Positions 46,529 to 57,100 of a stretch of 64,000 nt of DNA are shown piece by piece. This DNA is from a virus. Its lineage: Duplodnaviria; Caudoviricetes. Location of the stretch: positions 2,971-66,970 of IMG/VR virus record IMGVR_UViG_3300027971_000051. One strand, written 5' to 3'. The notes beneath the pieces are model-generated. The model saw only the letters and a list, made by a program, of their open reading frames with translations, was not told the origin of the DNA and searched no databases. How positions within the stretch are numbered: the first letter of the stretch is position 1; every line of letters begins with the position of its first letter. The translations under genes were made by a program, and so were the position numbers.

Positions 46529-46879
46529 ATGGCAGAAAAAACAGCAGAACAAGCACATGAAAAAGGTGCGTTTATAGAGAAATTATTATTTGCTCTATTA
46601 CCTTTATTAGTTGGTTCAGTTGGATATTTAATTCAAGCATTAGGTTCTATTCAACATGATGTGACCATTCTGAATCAAAAAGTGAGTTTAGTTGTTACTA
46701 CAGATAACAAGCAGGCTAGCAATAGTGGTGCTGAATTGGCACGTGAAAAACTACGTCAAGACTTAGAAAAAGAAATTCAAAAGAACCGTGACGCTATTAT
46801 GGAGAATAGAACACACATTGCTATTCTTGAAGACAGAGCAGGTGTAACGAAAAAAATTGGACCAATGAAGGAACACTAA
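46529..46879 (+). CDS. membrane-anchored coiled-coil protein
   Basis: one TM segment followed by heptad-like repeats. Confidence 0.7.
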   Translation: MAEKTAEQAHEKGAFIEKLLFALLPLLVGSVGYLIQALGSIQHDVTILNQKVSLVVTTDNKQASNSGAELAREKLRQDLEKEIQKNRDAIMENRTHIAILEDRAGVTKKIGPMKEH

Positions 46880-46880
46880 A

Positions 46881-47438
46881 ATGGCTGAAGTAGTATTACA
46901 ACAGAAACCATTGTCACGTAGCGAACGTGAGGCACATATTAAAGATAAAGCTGGATGGGTAATTACCGTCTTAGCCGCTTTACTTGCAATTAACACTTAT
47001 ATATCAAATGGTAACAGCAGTAAAGTTTTGAACAATACAATTAGTGCAAACAATACTTGGGCATTCTATCAAGCAAAATCGGTTAAACAAACTCTTGCTG
47101 AGATGGCTAGAGATGATGCTATCGATAGAAAACAATTAGATAAAGCAGAAAAGTTAACTGCAAAGATTGATAGATACGAATCGGATCCTACTACTGGTGA
47201 AGGTAAGAAAGAATTAATGGCAAAGGCAAAAGGTCTTGAAGCCGAACGTGACCAGATTCGCAAATCTAGTCCTTGGTTGACATTTGCGGGTTCTGCATTT
47301 CAAATTGCAATTGTTTTGTTAACTGCAAGCATTCTAGCAGTCAGCATGTCATTGTATTTCGCTAGTATTGTTGTTGGAATTTTTGCCTCAGTACTAATGA
47401 GTCAGGGTCTGTGGCTTTGGCTTCCTATCGTCTTGTAA
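46881..47438 (+). CDS. DUF4337-like membrane protein
   Basis: ANNTWAFYQAKSVKQTL and FQIAIVL..SI motifs; 3 TMs. Confidence 0.75.
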   Translation: MAEVVLQQKPLSRSEREAHIKDKAGWVITVLAALLAINTYISNGNSSKVLNNTISANNTWAFYQAKSVKQTLAEMARDDAIDRKQLDKAEKLTAKIDRYESDPTTGEGKKELMAKAKGLEAERDQIRKSSPWLTFAGSAFQIAIVLLTASILAVSMSLYFASIVVGIFASVLMSQGLWLWLPIVL

Positions 47439-47649
47439 AGTTTTCATCAATTATATTATGTTTCATTATTTTAACTGGAAGTGCTGAAGTAAAAGAAAGT
47501 CCTAAAAAACAGGATGAAGTAAAAACCTGCACCAAATGGAAATGGGCGGGTGATGTTTTCAATCGAACAGTCTGGTGTGTGGAATGGACCATAAAAGATT
47601 GTTCTCAACGATTACATAAAGACATATGTAAACTTGGCGGCTAATAGTC

Positions 47650-48267
47650 ATGGATCCAATTACAATCGGACTTGCATTCTCAGCCGCCCAGAGTGCAGTC
47701 AGTCACATCAAGCAGGCAATCGCATTAGGCAAAGACGTTAACAGTCTTGTTGGACAATTCAGCAAATTTTTTGAATCTTCAGATGCCATTCATCGTGAGA
47801 GATCAAAGGTAAAAGCAAAAGCAAGTCGATTAGGAAAAACTGACGCAGAGTTAGGTAAAGAAGCACTTGAAATTGCTATGCATAGTGATGCTTTAAGACA
47901 AGCAGAACGTGAATTGAAAGATATGATTCTGTGGCAGTTAGGTAAACCACAGATTTGGGAACAAATGATTCAAGAGCGAACTAGATTATTCAAAGAACGT
48001 GCTGATGCTGAACGTGCAGAAGAAGAAAGAAAACTAGCCCATAAAAAGAAAGTGGCAGACCAGATTTTATTTGGAATGTATTTTATTGGGTTTGCCGCTA
48101 TCGTTTTTGCACTTGTAATGGGTGGTATTGGAATATATGGTGCTGTTGAAGAAAAAAGAATTTATGAAGAAAAGGTTGCTAAAAGAAATTTGCTTATACG
48201 ACAGCAACAAAAAGAACGTGATGCAAAAGAACGTGATGCAAGAGATAAAGCAATTGGAGGAGGCTAA
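47650..48267 (+). CDS. hypothetical membrane protein
   Basis: MDPITIG..A start, coiled coil, one TM. Confidence 0.7.
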   Translation: MDPITIGLAFSAAQSAVSHIKQAIALGKDVNSLVGQFSKFFESSDAIHRERSKVKAKASRLGKTDAELGKEALEIAMHSDALRQAERELKDMILWQLGKPQIWEQMIQERTRLFKERADAERAEEERKLAHKKKVADQILFGMYFIGFAAIVFALVMGGIGIYGAVEEKRIYEEKVAKRNLLIRQQQKERDAKERDARDKAIGGG

Positions 48268-48270
48268 CTT

Positions 48271-48384
48271 ATGTACTTTAATATAATTATTACATTTAAC
48301 GATTTATTATTTTTATTCTGTATGACTCCGTTACTTGCTGTCTTTTGGGTTATGTTTAAAGATTGGTTAAAGGATAGAAAATGA
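48271..48384 (+). CDS. small membrane protein (37 aa)
   Basis: GGAGG RBS; hydrophobic ORF whose stop overlaps the next ATG. Confidence 0.55.
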   Translation: MYFNIIITFNDLLFLFCMTPLLAVFWVMFKDWLKDRK

Positions 48385-49145
48385 AAACATATCGTTCTAT
48401 TTTTGTGAGTGATGTACATTTAGGTACCAAAGATAGTCAGGCTGATAAGTTAAATAACTTTTTAAAGCATAACAGTTGTGACACACTATATCTAGTGGGT
48501 GATATTATTGATGCATGGCGCATACAACAAAACAAGTGGCGTTGGAAACAAAGTCATACCAATGTAGTGCGTAGAGTATTAGGTCACGCAAAACGTGGCA
48601 CTAGAGTTGTTTATGTTGCAGGCAATCACGATGAGTTTCTTAGACCCATGATACCATATGGTTTTAGTTTTGGTCTTATCGAAATTCACAATCAAATAGA
48701 ACATATAGGTGCAGATGGCAAACACTATTTAGTTACACATGGTGACTTGTTTGATGGCATTACTAGACTTGCACCATGGTTGAGTTTTTTAGGAGATAAA
48801 GCATATGATTTCATTCTTTCGCTCAATAGCAAGTTCAATTGGATACGTCATCGTTTTGGTTTTGGGTATTTTAGTATTAGTAAATATCTTAAGCATAGAG
48901 TAAAAAAGGCTGTAGATTTTATATTTCAATTTGAAAAAAATCTAGCCGCTTACTGTATCAAACGAGGTTTTGATGGGGTAATATGCGGACACATACACCA
49001 CGCAGAGATTAAAGAAATCAATGGTGTTATGTATATGAATGATGGCGATTGGGTTGAAAGTTGTACAGCACTTGTAGAACATCATGACGGTCGATGGGAA
49101 ATTATAACTTGGACTAAGGAGAAAGATAATGATGAAACTCTGTGA
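48381..49145 (+). CDS. LpxH-like UDP-2,3-diacylglucosamine hydrolase family metallophosphoesterase
   Basis: SDVHLG, GDIID, GNHD, HGD, CGHIH and NDGDWVES motifs. Confidence 0.88.
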   Translation: MKTYRSIFVSDVHLGTKDSQADKLNNFLKHNSCDTLYLVGDIIDAWRIQQNKWRWKQSHTNVVRRVLGHAKRGTRVVYVAGNHDEFLRPMIPYGFSFGLIEIHNQIEHIGADGKHYLVTHGDLFDGITRLAPWLSFLGDKAYDFILSLNSKFNWIRHRFGFGYFSISKYLKHRVKKAVDFIFQFEKNLAAYCIKRGFDGVICGHIHHAEIKEINGVMYMNDGDWVESCTALVEHHDGRWEIITWTKEKDNDETL

Positions 49146-49842
49146 TAAAATTACTATTGTTGTGCCTTGTAAGAATGAAGAAAATTATATTCATCATCTA
49201 CTAGATTCATTACGTTCACAAAACATAGGTGACACTAGAGTAATCATTGCTGACTGTTCAACCGATGCCACTAGACAAGTTATTAAGGATAACAGTATTG
49301 GACTGAATGTTGAAATCATTGATGGTGGTCCAGTATCTATTGCTAAGAACAACGGAGCAAGACTAGTCACTACTCCGTACATTCTGTTTATCGATGCTGA
49401 TGTTCGATTCTTTAAAGATACAGTTATTAGAGATGCTGTCAACAAGATGGAATTAAAGAAACTGCATCTTGTTGGACTAAACATTAAATGTTACGACAAA
49501 GACATACGAGCAAAGATTGGATTTACAGCATTTAATGTAATCAATCACACACTAAAATTCTTTAGCCCATTTGCTGTAGGTGCATTCATGCTGACACGTA
49601 AAGATAAGTTTGAAGAGTATGGTGGGTTTCCCGAAAACTTATTAACATCTGAAGACTACTTTTTATCTAAGAAATATAGTCCTAGAAAATTTAAGATTAT
49701 TCGACATCACTTTGGACAAGATAGCCGTAGATTTAAAAAGATGGGCTACTTAGGTATGGGCAAATATCTTGTTAAAAATTTTGTCAATCGCAATAACAAA
49801 AAATATTGGGAAAGTTTATACCATAATAGATACTGGAATTAA
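49129..49842 (+). CDS. glycosyltransferase family 2
   Basis: VVPCKNEE, ADCSTD, LFIDAD, GGF..SED and SRRF motifs. Confidence 0.9.
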   Translation: MMKLCDKITIVVPCKNEENYIHHLLDSLRSQNIGDTRVIIADCSTDATRQVIKDNSIGLNVEIIDGGPVSIAKNNGARLVTTPYILFIDADVRFFKDTVIRDAVNKMELKKLHLVGLNIKCYDKDIRAKIGFTAFNVINHTLKFFSPFAVGAFMLTRKDKFEEYGGFPENLLTSEDYFLSKKYSPRKFKIIRHHFGQDSRRFKKMGYLGMGKYLVKNFVNRNNKKYWESLYHNRYWN

Positions 49843-50243
49843 ACTTTTGGTGCAGGATTTCTCTTCTTAGGCGCAGTAGTTGTAGGCGCTTTAGTAGTAT
49901 TTTGTGGTTTTGGCTTAGCAGTTTTAGAAACTGCTGGTGGTGTCTTTTTAGTCCACGATTGTTCTTTTGCGGCTGTGGGCTTAGGAGTTTCCGCAACAGC
50001 AGTTACAACTGGAGTTTCTTTAGGCTGAGTTACGATTTCAGCACTAACAACTTTTCCCATAACAGGCGCAGTAGTCTCTACGATATTCTTTTCGATATCC
50101 TCAGACTTTACATTGGGATTCAAGTAAGGACACTTTGCAGGATCGCCGCCATGTGCATCTTCTTCTTTTTTGTTTTTCACATACCATTGGTGTGCCAAGA
50201 AAGCAAGCACGCCAAATATAAATGATCCGATAATAATTTCCAT
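49839..50243 (-). CDS. membrane-anchored protein with PTK-rich tail
   Basis: N-terminal TM; downstream of the endolysin. Confidence 0.6.
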   Translation of the reverse strand: MEIIIGSFIFGVLAFLAHQWYVKNKKEEDAHGGDPAKCPYLNPNVKSEDIEKNIVETTAPVMGKVVSAEIVTQPKETPVVTAVAETPKPTAAKEQSWTKKTPPAVSKTAKPKPQNTTKAPTTTAPKKRNPAPKV

Positions 50244-50253
50244 GATTTTCCCC

Positions 50254-50874
50254 TTAAGTTAAAATTTCAATCGCATGATTGTAATGATTGATTCTGTCTT
50301 CTAAGCCAAGATAACCGCCATTGATGCGTTTTGTCATTGTCTTAATGTCTCCAATATCTGCTAGTTCATTTAGTCTAGCCGCAGACCAGAACCAACAAGC
50401 AGAATGAATAGCATATTCCGCTTCAAGTAACAAATCAGGATTCTCAACTAGTACATTGCTTTCGAACAATGATTGTGAGCATTTAGTGTAATTATTTTTT
50501 CCTGTAATTTGTACAATACCTCTACCACGAAAGTACCAACCTTCTCCAGAGGCTTCATCTCCATTACCCATACGATTTGCATATACACGATTTGCAATCA
50601 TTTCTGGTCTACGTTCGTATTGTTTTGCTACTGCTTCAGTAGGAAAATATTTCTTAAACGTTCCAACTAAACCTTTTGCCGAGTAATTTAAATTCTCTTG
50701 AAGGGTAGTAAATCCACCAGACTCATGTCCACATTGTGCCATAAATGCGGCAACTCTATGTGGTGTGTCTATGTCATACTCAGGCAAGATATTAATTAAA
50801 TTACTATACCACTCATCAAAGTTTTTAACTTTTGGAATTAGTTGTCTTACTGTCTCTTCCGTAAAAAAGTCCAT
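50254..50874 (-). CDS. GH19 chitinase-like endolysin
   Basis: AAFMAQCGHESGG, ENLNYS, FRGRG.VQITGK.NY and TKRINGG motifs. Confidence 0.92.
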   Translation of the reverse strand: MDFFTEETVRQLIPKVKNFDEWYSNLINILPEYDIDTPHRVAAFMAQCGHESGGFTTLQENLNYSAKGLVGTFKKYFPTEAVAKQYERRPEMIANRVYANRMGNGDEASGEGWYFRGRGIVQITGKNNYTKCSQSLFESNVLVENPDLLLEAEYAIHSACWFWSAARLNELADIGDIKTMTKRINGGYLGLEDRINHYNHAIEILT

Positions 50875-50915
50875 TGCTATCTCCTATGATTATCATAGAA
50901 GTATTTAGCATTGAA

Positions 50916-51641
50916 TTAATCCCAAAGTGCTTGATAGTACTTACCGAACAAACGAAATCCGTTTTGAATTCGTGTCTCAACAACTTTCATGCCTTCATAG
51001 TCACACTTGTATGTGTTATTGGGACCATCTGTCATTCGAAACAATTTAGCATCTTTCTTAGGAACTTCATTGCCATCTTTATCGACAGGTAGCCAAAGCA
51101 AGTCATGTTCACCAGAACGAAACTCTTCTTCCCAAGAATCATCATTCTTGCAAGTGAATGCAAAAATCATTTCATCTAATACCCAGTCCCAACGCTTGAA
51201 ATGATTTTCGTCAGTATCCCATTCATTTTCTTTTGCTGGCGCTGAAGTTGACTTTAGTTCTTCTGGCACATCTTCATCATCAACATTGGGGGCGCCATGC
51301 TTTGTTGCTTGCAATTGTTTCAGCATAGGTAAGACAATCATTGCAAGTGTGTGGTCCATTGACCATGTGTCGTATTTGTCAATCTTGATATAAGATTTAC
51401 GATTACGCTTAGACTCTATCCATTGACACAGTTTCAAAAGCCAAGTTTCTGGAGCATTTTTTGAATCTGTAATTTCTTCATTTGTAGTTCCATGAGAAAG
51501 CCATGTACCAAAGTTATGCACCCATTTAGGTTTGCTTTTGTATCCATATTCATCCTCAACTTTTTTTGCCCAAAAGCAAAGTGCTTCAGCAATTTGATAT
51601 GGTCCAACCCAATTCTTATAGGGTCCGATATAAACTTTCAT
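50916..51641 (-). CDS. conserved T4-like hypothetical protein
   Basis: DTWSMDHTLA, RWDWVLDEMIFAF and NGFRLFGKYY..LWD motifs. Confidence 0.8.
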   Translation of the reverse strand: MKVYIGPYKNWVGPYQIAEALCFWAKKVEDEYGYKSKPKWVHNFGTWLSHGTTNEEITDSKNAPETWLLKLCQWIESKRNRKSYIKIDKYDTWSMDHTLAMIVLPMLKQLQATKHGAPNVDDEDVPEELKSTSAPAKENEWDTDENHFKRWDWVLDEMIFAFTCKNDDSWEEEFRSGEHDLLWLPVDKDGNEVPKKDAKLFRMTDGPNNTYKCDYEGMKVVETRIQNGFRLFGKYYQALWD

Positions 51642-52276
51642 TTCAATTTCTTTCTAATGTGTGGACACGGATTCGGTCTAGTGCGAGTTAGTTCTCCTCC
51701 AGCAAAAGGATCGTCATCTATTAACACACCGAACTCTTTTTCTATATAGTACTTACCCATCGCTTTGATACATTGATCCATCAAACTATTAGAACCAGAA
51801 GAATCATCTTCTGCCCAAAAGCAAATCGGAGACCTACCCCATGTACGATATCTTAAAACATCGTGGAAAATTTTTCTATGTTTTTTATTACTAGGGTCAA
51901 ACGTTTCGAACACTCTGCCGAATTGTTGAATCTTGCTCATTACTTTCACTTTCTATCATAATTAAAAGGCGCTTTGATTCTTTACGAACCTCAGCAGTTA
52001 CTGACCATCCAAAACCTTCAGGATGTAGCAACTCTTGCAAAAAATGCACAACTTCATTTTCAGTTTCCAGTTTCATTCGTCACCTTCACAAATGGACTGT
52101 TGACGGAAAAATCTTCAGGCAACCTCTCCACAATCTTAGTGAAATGATATGGATCGGGATAGTGTCGTAGAACACTCAAAGCACGTTGACGAATGTACTT
52201 TGGCACTCTAGGTGTTACTTTCGGGTTCAACAAATCTAAAAGCATTTGATGCCCACAACGTAACGCACGATATCTT

Positions 52277-52765
52277 TCATCGGGTAGAGTCATAATTATT
52301 CTCCCGAATATGTTCTTCCATTGTTGTGAAGAATGCTTTAATCTTCATTTCATCATTCCAAACTTTTGCGTAGTCATTGTCTTTATCACACATTACCAAT
52401 GCTTCTTCTTTTGTAACGACACGGTGTGACACGATAGTTTCACCCAAGTGTTCTTGTGAAAACTCTTTGGCTTCTTCTAGTGTAACTGTATCAAGTGCCC
52501 AATCTGCTTTGTCTTTACCATATCTGTCAACACCAACAGGCACTTCTACCATGTAGCGTTCACGGAACATGGATACAGTTTCAACAAGCACCCATTGTGT
52601 TTCAATTTTCTTCATAGTCCAACTTCCATCTTTGTTGTCAATCCAATCAATAGTGTCACCAGTTTTCCAACCAGTTCCTTCTAGTATCTCATCATTCAAA
52701 GGAAGAATCAAGTCACCTGTTTCGGGGTCTTCTTCCAGTGAAATAGTCCAAGATTTGTTTGCCAT
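52277..52765 (-). CDS. AbrB/MazE-like N-terminal domain fused to a hypothetical domain
   Basis: LEEDPETGDLILPL..GWKTGDT..W. Confidence 0.6.
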   Translation of the reverse strand: MANKSWTISLEEDPETGDLILPLNDEILEGTGWKTGDTIDWIDNKDGSWTMKKIETQWVLVETVSMFRERYMVEVPVGVDRYGKDKADWALDTVTLEEAKEFSQEHLGETIVSHRVVTKEEALVMCDKDNDYAKVWNDEMKIKAFFTTMEEHIRENNYDSTR

Positions 52766-52790
52766 GTGTGCTCCTCAAGTTGATAATACA

Positions 52791-52819
52791 ATTATAACTC
52801 AAGTGTCATGGAAAGTCAA
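52791..52819 (-). promoter_or_regulatory. sigma70 promoter
   Basis: TTGACT-N17-TATAAT. Confidence 0.7.
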
Positions 52820-53166
52820 ACTAGATGTTTGGCAAGTACCATACAGGAAATCCATGCCCATATAGTATTGAATCCCACCAATGTCGGTAGTAGTTTCTTT
52901 TCGCTTGCCCAAATAAGTGTCAGACTTGTTGCAAGTGTGAAAAAATACAACCACCAAACGCTAATTCCGAATATCAAACCTGGTACGATAATAATTGCCT
53001 TAGCCGCCCAACTTAAAAACTCTACAGTATTGTAATCAGTCCAATACTCTCTCTTAAACCACATGCCATAACATTCTTTAATTTTAGTGAATGTGATGTG
53101 TCGATATACAAGTGCTAATAAAATTCCAAATACTAATGTTGCAACTAAAATTTGATTTAATTCCAT
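52816..53166 (-). CDS. membrane protein
   Basis: multiple TM segments; KKLLPTLVGFN. Confidence 0.7.
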   Translation of the reverse strand: MELNQILVATLVFGILLALVYRHITFTKIKECYGMWFKREYWTDYNTVEFLSWAAKAIIIVPGLIFGISVWWLYFFTLATSLTLIWASEKKLLPTLVGFNTIWAWISCMVLAKHLV

Positions 53167-53450
53167 ATCATCCTCATAAGTCCAATAGTGTCAATAGTCG
53201 TTAGCAGAATATAGTTAGCCAACATGCCAAAAGATTTCCTAGTCCAACTAGCCCAAGCATACAAAGCACAGCCAAGGATCCAGACAGGATAAAGAGCAAG
53301 AAGCGGAGGGGTGGGGACCGTGAGTGCCATAGTAATGCTACAACCAATGCTAATAGCCCAAGCAAGCAACTCAATAACAAAGCGAATTCTGTTAGACTTA
53401 AAATCATCTTTAATCCATTCTATAGTTGGTCTAAACAAATCAATAATCAT
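53157..53450 (-). CDS. membrane protein
   Basis: 3 TM segments starting at MIIDLF. Confidence 0.7.
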   Translation of the reverse strand: MIIDLFRPTIEWIKDDFKSNRIRFVIELLAWAISIGCSITMALTVPTPPLLALYPVWILGCALYAWASWTRKSFGMLANYILLTTIDTIGLMRMIWN

Positions 53451-53454
53451 AATC

Positions 53455-54273
53455 TCAATCCAAGTTAAACAAATCGGGATGTGTCTTTGCAAAATACAAT
53501 CGTAGCAAGTTCCAATGTTCAAATAATTCTGTTGATTGTCGCTCAACAACCATACGCTTAATGCCATACAATGATTCTAATACTTTGCTAAAATCATTAA
53601 TCTGATTTTGATACACGCTATAGTCGTATGGCTGACTATAGACTTTATATTCTTTCATCTGAAGAAACGTAGAGAACAATCGTTCAACGATAAAGGGAAA
53701 CATATTCAGATTTGCATCTCTACTGTAGTTTGCACTACCATGATAAATCTCAGCATCTTTACCCGTCAATGCTTCAAGTTTTTCTTTGATATCTTTTACG
53801 AATGCAATGTACTCTAACCAAAATGCTTTTGTCGCAACAAAGTAACTGCAATAGCAAGTTGAATCTGTCATAACTGCATTAAGCACAGAAGGATCATACC
53901 CTCCAGCAACAAATGCGGCATGAACAACTTTTTTAATTCCTGGATGGAAATAATCTCCTTGTTCCCATACATTTGCAGTCAATGCATTCTGCACTCTAGC
54001 ATGATTAAAAATGTAAACATCAAAACCATCATTATTATCAATAGCATGTTTAATTACATTCGCTTCATATCGCATTTTGCTTTGCCAACGAGGACCAAAT
54101 ACACCCCAAGCATCTAAGTCATCTGCAAAACCTTCGTCAATAATACGATTGAACGAATGAAACTCACGTAACTCAGGACGTTCATTAGTTGTATTATCAA
54201 ATGACGTTAGTAAAGGATCAACTAAAGGAATCTGCCTGTCTTCAAAACAAATCTGAAAAATTTTATAGTTCAA
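53455..54273 (-). CDS. hypothetical protein, possibly glycan-related
   Basis: PELRE, NVWEQG..HPG, CSYFVA..FW and PFIVERLFS motifs. Confidence 0.6.
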   Translation of the reverse strand: MNYKIFQICFEDRQIPLVDPLLTSFDNTTNERPELREFHSFNRIIDEGFADDLDAWGVFGPRWQSKMRYEANVIKHAIDNNDGFDVYIFNHARVQNALTANVWEQGDYFHPGIKKVVHAAFVAGGYDPSVLNAVMTDSTCYCSYFVATKAFWLEYIAFVKDIKEKLEALTGKDAEIYHGSANYSRDANLNMFPFIVERLFSTFLQMKEYKVYSQPYDYSVYQNQINDFSKVLESLYGIKRMVVERQSTELFEHWNLLRLYFAKTHPDLFNLD

Positions 54274-54995
54274 TCTGACACCCCATTACCATTAGGAGCA
54301 ATATTTCCTTGCACTCCAATTTTTGAAATTCTTTGAATCAACTCTTCTCTCAAATGCGAAAATAGTAAATGTTCAATATCAATATACCCACCAGAATTCA
54401 AAACGTTGTTCATAGTGGCAAACATGTTTCTATAGGTGTGTGCAATCTCAGGAAGTAATTCGGAATCAAAACTCCAAAGTCTACTCATATATTGAAAGAT
54501 AACATTTCCAGTAACTGCTGGCGTAAACTGACTAGTGAATGGTCCACGAATAATAATTTTTCCTGTCGCATTGTAATGTGTATCATAATTAAATGCATCA
54601 TTTAATGTATATCTACCACTCATCTTGAAAATGCGTTTGTAGTTTTTGTATTCTCCACTATCAAGTAGTTGTTCGTACATAGTACCAAACGTCATTATCT
54701 CAGCCATGTTCTTTACGATATCTTGACTAGGAATGACAAGAATATTTTTCAGTTGTGGTGATTCGCAAAAGCTAACAAACGTATCGATATGTGGTGATAA
54801 TTCTTTTTTCTCATCATCAGACAAGTCTTTATCACCACCATCAATAATCATAATGTCGGCAGGACACCGACTCTTAATTGATTTACAAGTTTCGATTGTT
54901 TGTTGTAGTCTTTGTGCAGGATTAAAGATTCCGTGTTTAGTATGTATTGCAGACGATACTAAAAATAGACTTTCATTCTTTTGGTTTTCTGACAT
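54270..54995 (-). CDS. hypothetical protein (GT-A-like)
   Basis: FLVSSAI..RLQQT..IFKMSGRY..DIEH. Confidence 0.6.
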   Translation of the reverse strand: MSENQKNESLFLVSSAIHTKHGIFNPAQRLQQTIETCKSIKSRCPADIMIIDGGDKDLSDDEKKELSPHIDTFVSFCESPQLKNILVIPSQDIVKNMAEIMTFGTMYEQLLDSGEYKNYKRIFKMSGRYTLNDAFNYDTHYNATGKIIIRGPFTSQFTPAVTGNVIFQYMSRLWSFDSELLPEIAHTYRNMFATMNNVLNSGGYIDIEHLLFSHLREELIQRISKIGVQGNIAPNGNGVSD

Positions 54996-55635
54996 TTGGT
55001 TTTCTCACAGGTTTAGCAACAGTCTTTTTTGCTCTAGGTTTTCTAGTAGCTTTCTCGGCTGCCGCAATCATCAATTCTTCTTTCTTATTTAACCTCTTAA
55101 AGACTTCCTCAGGTGCCATCCATATATCTTTATTTTCTAGAATAGATTGAATCTCTTCTTCGGTTAAAAAATTGTCGTATACACTACGCATGAATTTATC
55201 GGACCATTTACGTTCATACATGATGTTATCATACATCTCGCCGCCTTTGCCTATTGTTCCACCAGAGTAGTTGTGGAACATAAACATTGAGTGTTCGGAG
55301 ATTTCAAATCCGTGTCCGCATAAAAATATCATAGTAGCCGCAGACATACATGCGCCTTCTACCGATGTGATAATTTTAGCTTCACATTCTGCCATCACAC
55401 GCATCAATTGTATAGCAGTAAATAAATTACCACCAGGTGAGTTAATATGGATTTTAATGATATCAGTCTCTGAAGCATTTCTGATAATTTCATACCATTC
55501 AACGTAATCTTCCGGAGAAGATATTTCACCAGTCAAATATAGGGTATATAAATGACCAATCGGCTTAGGTTGCCTAGGTTTTTTGGAATCATCTAAGTTA
55601 AATATTGATCCCAATTTGTTTTCTTCTTCATCCAT
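54973..55635 (-). CDS. clpP: ClpP-like serine protease
   Basis: INSPGGN, CMSAAT (catalytic Ser), FMFHNY (His), DIWM. Confidence 0.85.
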   Translation of the reverse strand: MDEEENKLGSIFNLDDSKKPRQPKPIGHLYTLYLTGEISSPEDYVEWYEIIRNASETDIIKIHINSPGGNLFTAIQLMRVMAECEAKIITSVEGACMSAATMIFLCGHGFEISEHSMFMFHNYSGGTIGKGGEMYDNIMYERKWSDKFMRSVYDNFLTEEEIQSILENKDIWMAPEEVFKRLNKKEELMIAAAEKATRKPRAKKTVAKPVRKPNVRKPKE

Positions 55636-55670
55636 AGTTACTCACTTTCTACAGTAATATAGAGTATACT

Positions 55671-56255
55671 CTATTTTGTTTTAGATGTCAAACTTTCAAC
55701 TCCATATTTGCACAACCAGTATGCATCAATCAAGTCAGAAGAAGGATTCCATTGCTTCTCAGTCATATGTAGTTCGTCTTTTAAACGAATGTCATTGAAT
55801 TCTTCAAAAACTTCCTGCATTCGTTCTTTATTTGCATTGCCTTTACCAGTAGCATATTTCTTAAGTACCGTTGGTGGAACTTCTGTACATTCTACGGCAA
55901 ACAACCATAGTCTATATTTTAGAATGCCAGCATTCTCTGCAATGTTGAATACTCTGCCTTTTGATCCCATAGAATAACCTTCTAGGAATACGTGACAGTC
56001 TTTGTCTGTTTCTAACAATTTATCGATAAAGAAATTTGATATACCATCGTATCGCAATACGTCAGTCATTCCTTCGTGGTCGAAAAATTTACCTGTTATG
56101 TTTTTAAATTGTACATCATATTTTCTAGATTGGGTTAGAAAATAAAAATTACAATCAGAAAAATTAAAATGTCCAATCCTGTCATTGTTTTCTCCAGTAT
56201 CAAATACGCACATTGCAGGACATGTTAGGGAATAATCTATTCCTGCTACAATCAT
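55671..56255 (-). CDS. RuvC-like Holliday junction resolvase
   Basis: AGIDYS, FLEGYS, KKYATGKGNANK and DLIDAY motifs. Confidence 0.85.
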   Translation of the reverse strand: MIVAGIDYSLTCPAMCVFDTGENNDRIGHFNFSDCNFYFLTQSRKYDVQFKNITGKFFDHEGMTDVLRYDGISNFFIDKLLETDKDCHVFLEGYSMGSKGRVFNIAENAGILKYRLWLFAVECTEVPPTVLKKYATGKGNANKERMQEVFEEFNDIRLKDELHMTEKQWNPSSDLIDAYWLCKYGVESLTSKTK

Positions 56256-56473
56256 CTATCGTCTTCTTCCGTGTTCCATTCATCTTCTATTAGGCTATCC
56301 CAATCTTCATCCGTCCACTCTTCTTCAATTTCCGTAATTGTTTCTTCCGATATTTGTGATCCACAATAGGAACAATTTGTTGGAATTAAATCTGATACTC
56401 CTGCCGATGGTGTTACCGAATACTCAGCTTCGCATGTATCGCAGAATACTTTATATGTTGTCATGTTTTCTCC

Positions 56474-57100
56474 TTATTCGTACATTACTGTACTTGTGTC
56501 TCCAAGTGCCCATTTTGGGTCTAATTCAACATTCCATCTTTTTGTAGCAACTTTAAAATCTGGTGTCTTCATTTGTTTAGGATTGCTTGCAGGTTCTAAT
56601 ATGATTAATCTATTATTTGGTTGAGCCGCAAACTGTCCATTATCACATTTGATAAAATTAAATGATTTGTGATCTTCAATATCTTCACTATGACCACAAT
56701 CCAATGTATTGAAATCTGTATGTGCAGAATCAACGGTGAAGAGATACTCGCCATACATCCAATCGCCGCCTTTTAACTTAAACTTACATTTCATGTTAGC
56801 AATCATAGATTTTCTTATGACTGTTATATCTGACGATAAACTATTCCACAACTGTAAATAGTCTAATGACAATGGCTCACCTTGAATTGGTTTCCAACAA
56901 TATGCATGAAGAGGTAATTTATCGTACAATGCACCATATTCGTTTAAATATGATTCTATACGAAATGCTTGACTTCTTAATGATTTTATTGTTATCCACC
57001 AACATGGAACTAACTCCCCAAAACCTTTTTCAAAGTCATAGAGAAATTCTTTGCGTACAAAACATTTAACTGCCGGAAGATTTGCTACGATATGTGCCAT
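56474..57100 (-). CDS. conserved phage hypothetical protein
   Basis: GALYDKLPL, YLFTVD, HKSFN and NGQFAAQPNNR motifs. Confidence 0.8.
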   Translation of the reverse strand: MAHIVANLPAVKCFVRKEFLYDFEKGFGELVPCWWITIKSLRSQAFRIESYLNEYGALYDKLPLHAYCWKPIQGEPLSLDYLQLWNSLSSDITVIRKSMIANMKCKFKLKGGDWMYGEYLFTVDSAHTDFNTLDCGHSEDIEDHKSFNFIKCDNGQFAAQPNNRLIILEPASNPKQMKTPDFKVATKRWNVELDPKWALGDTSTVMYE

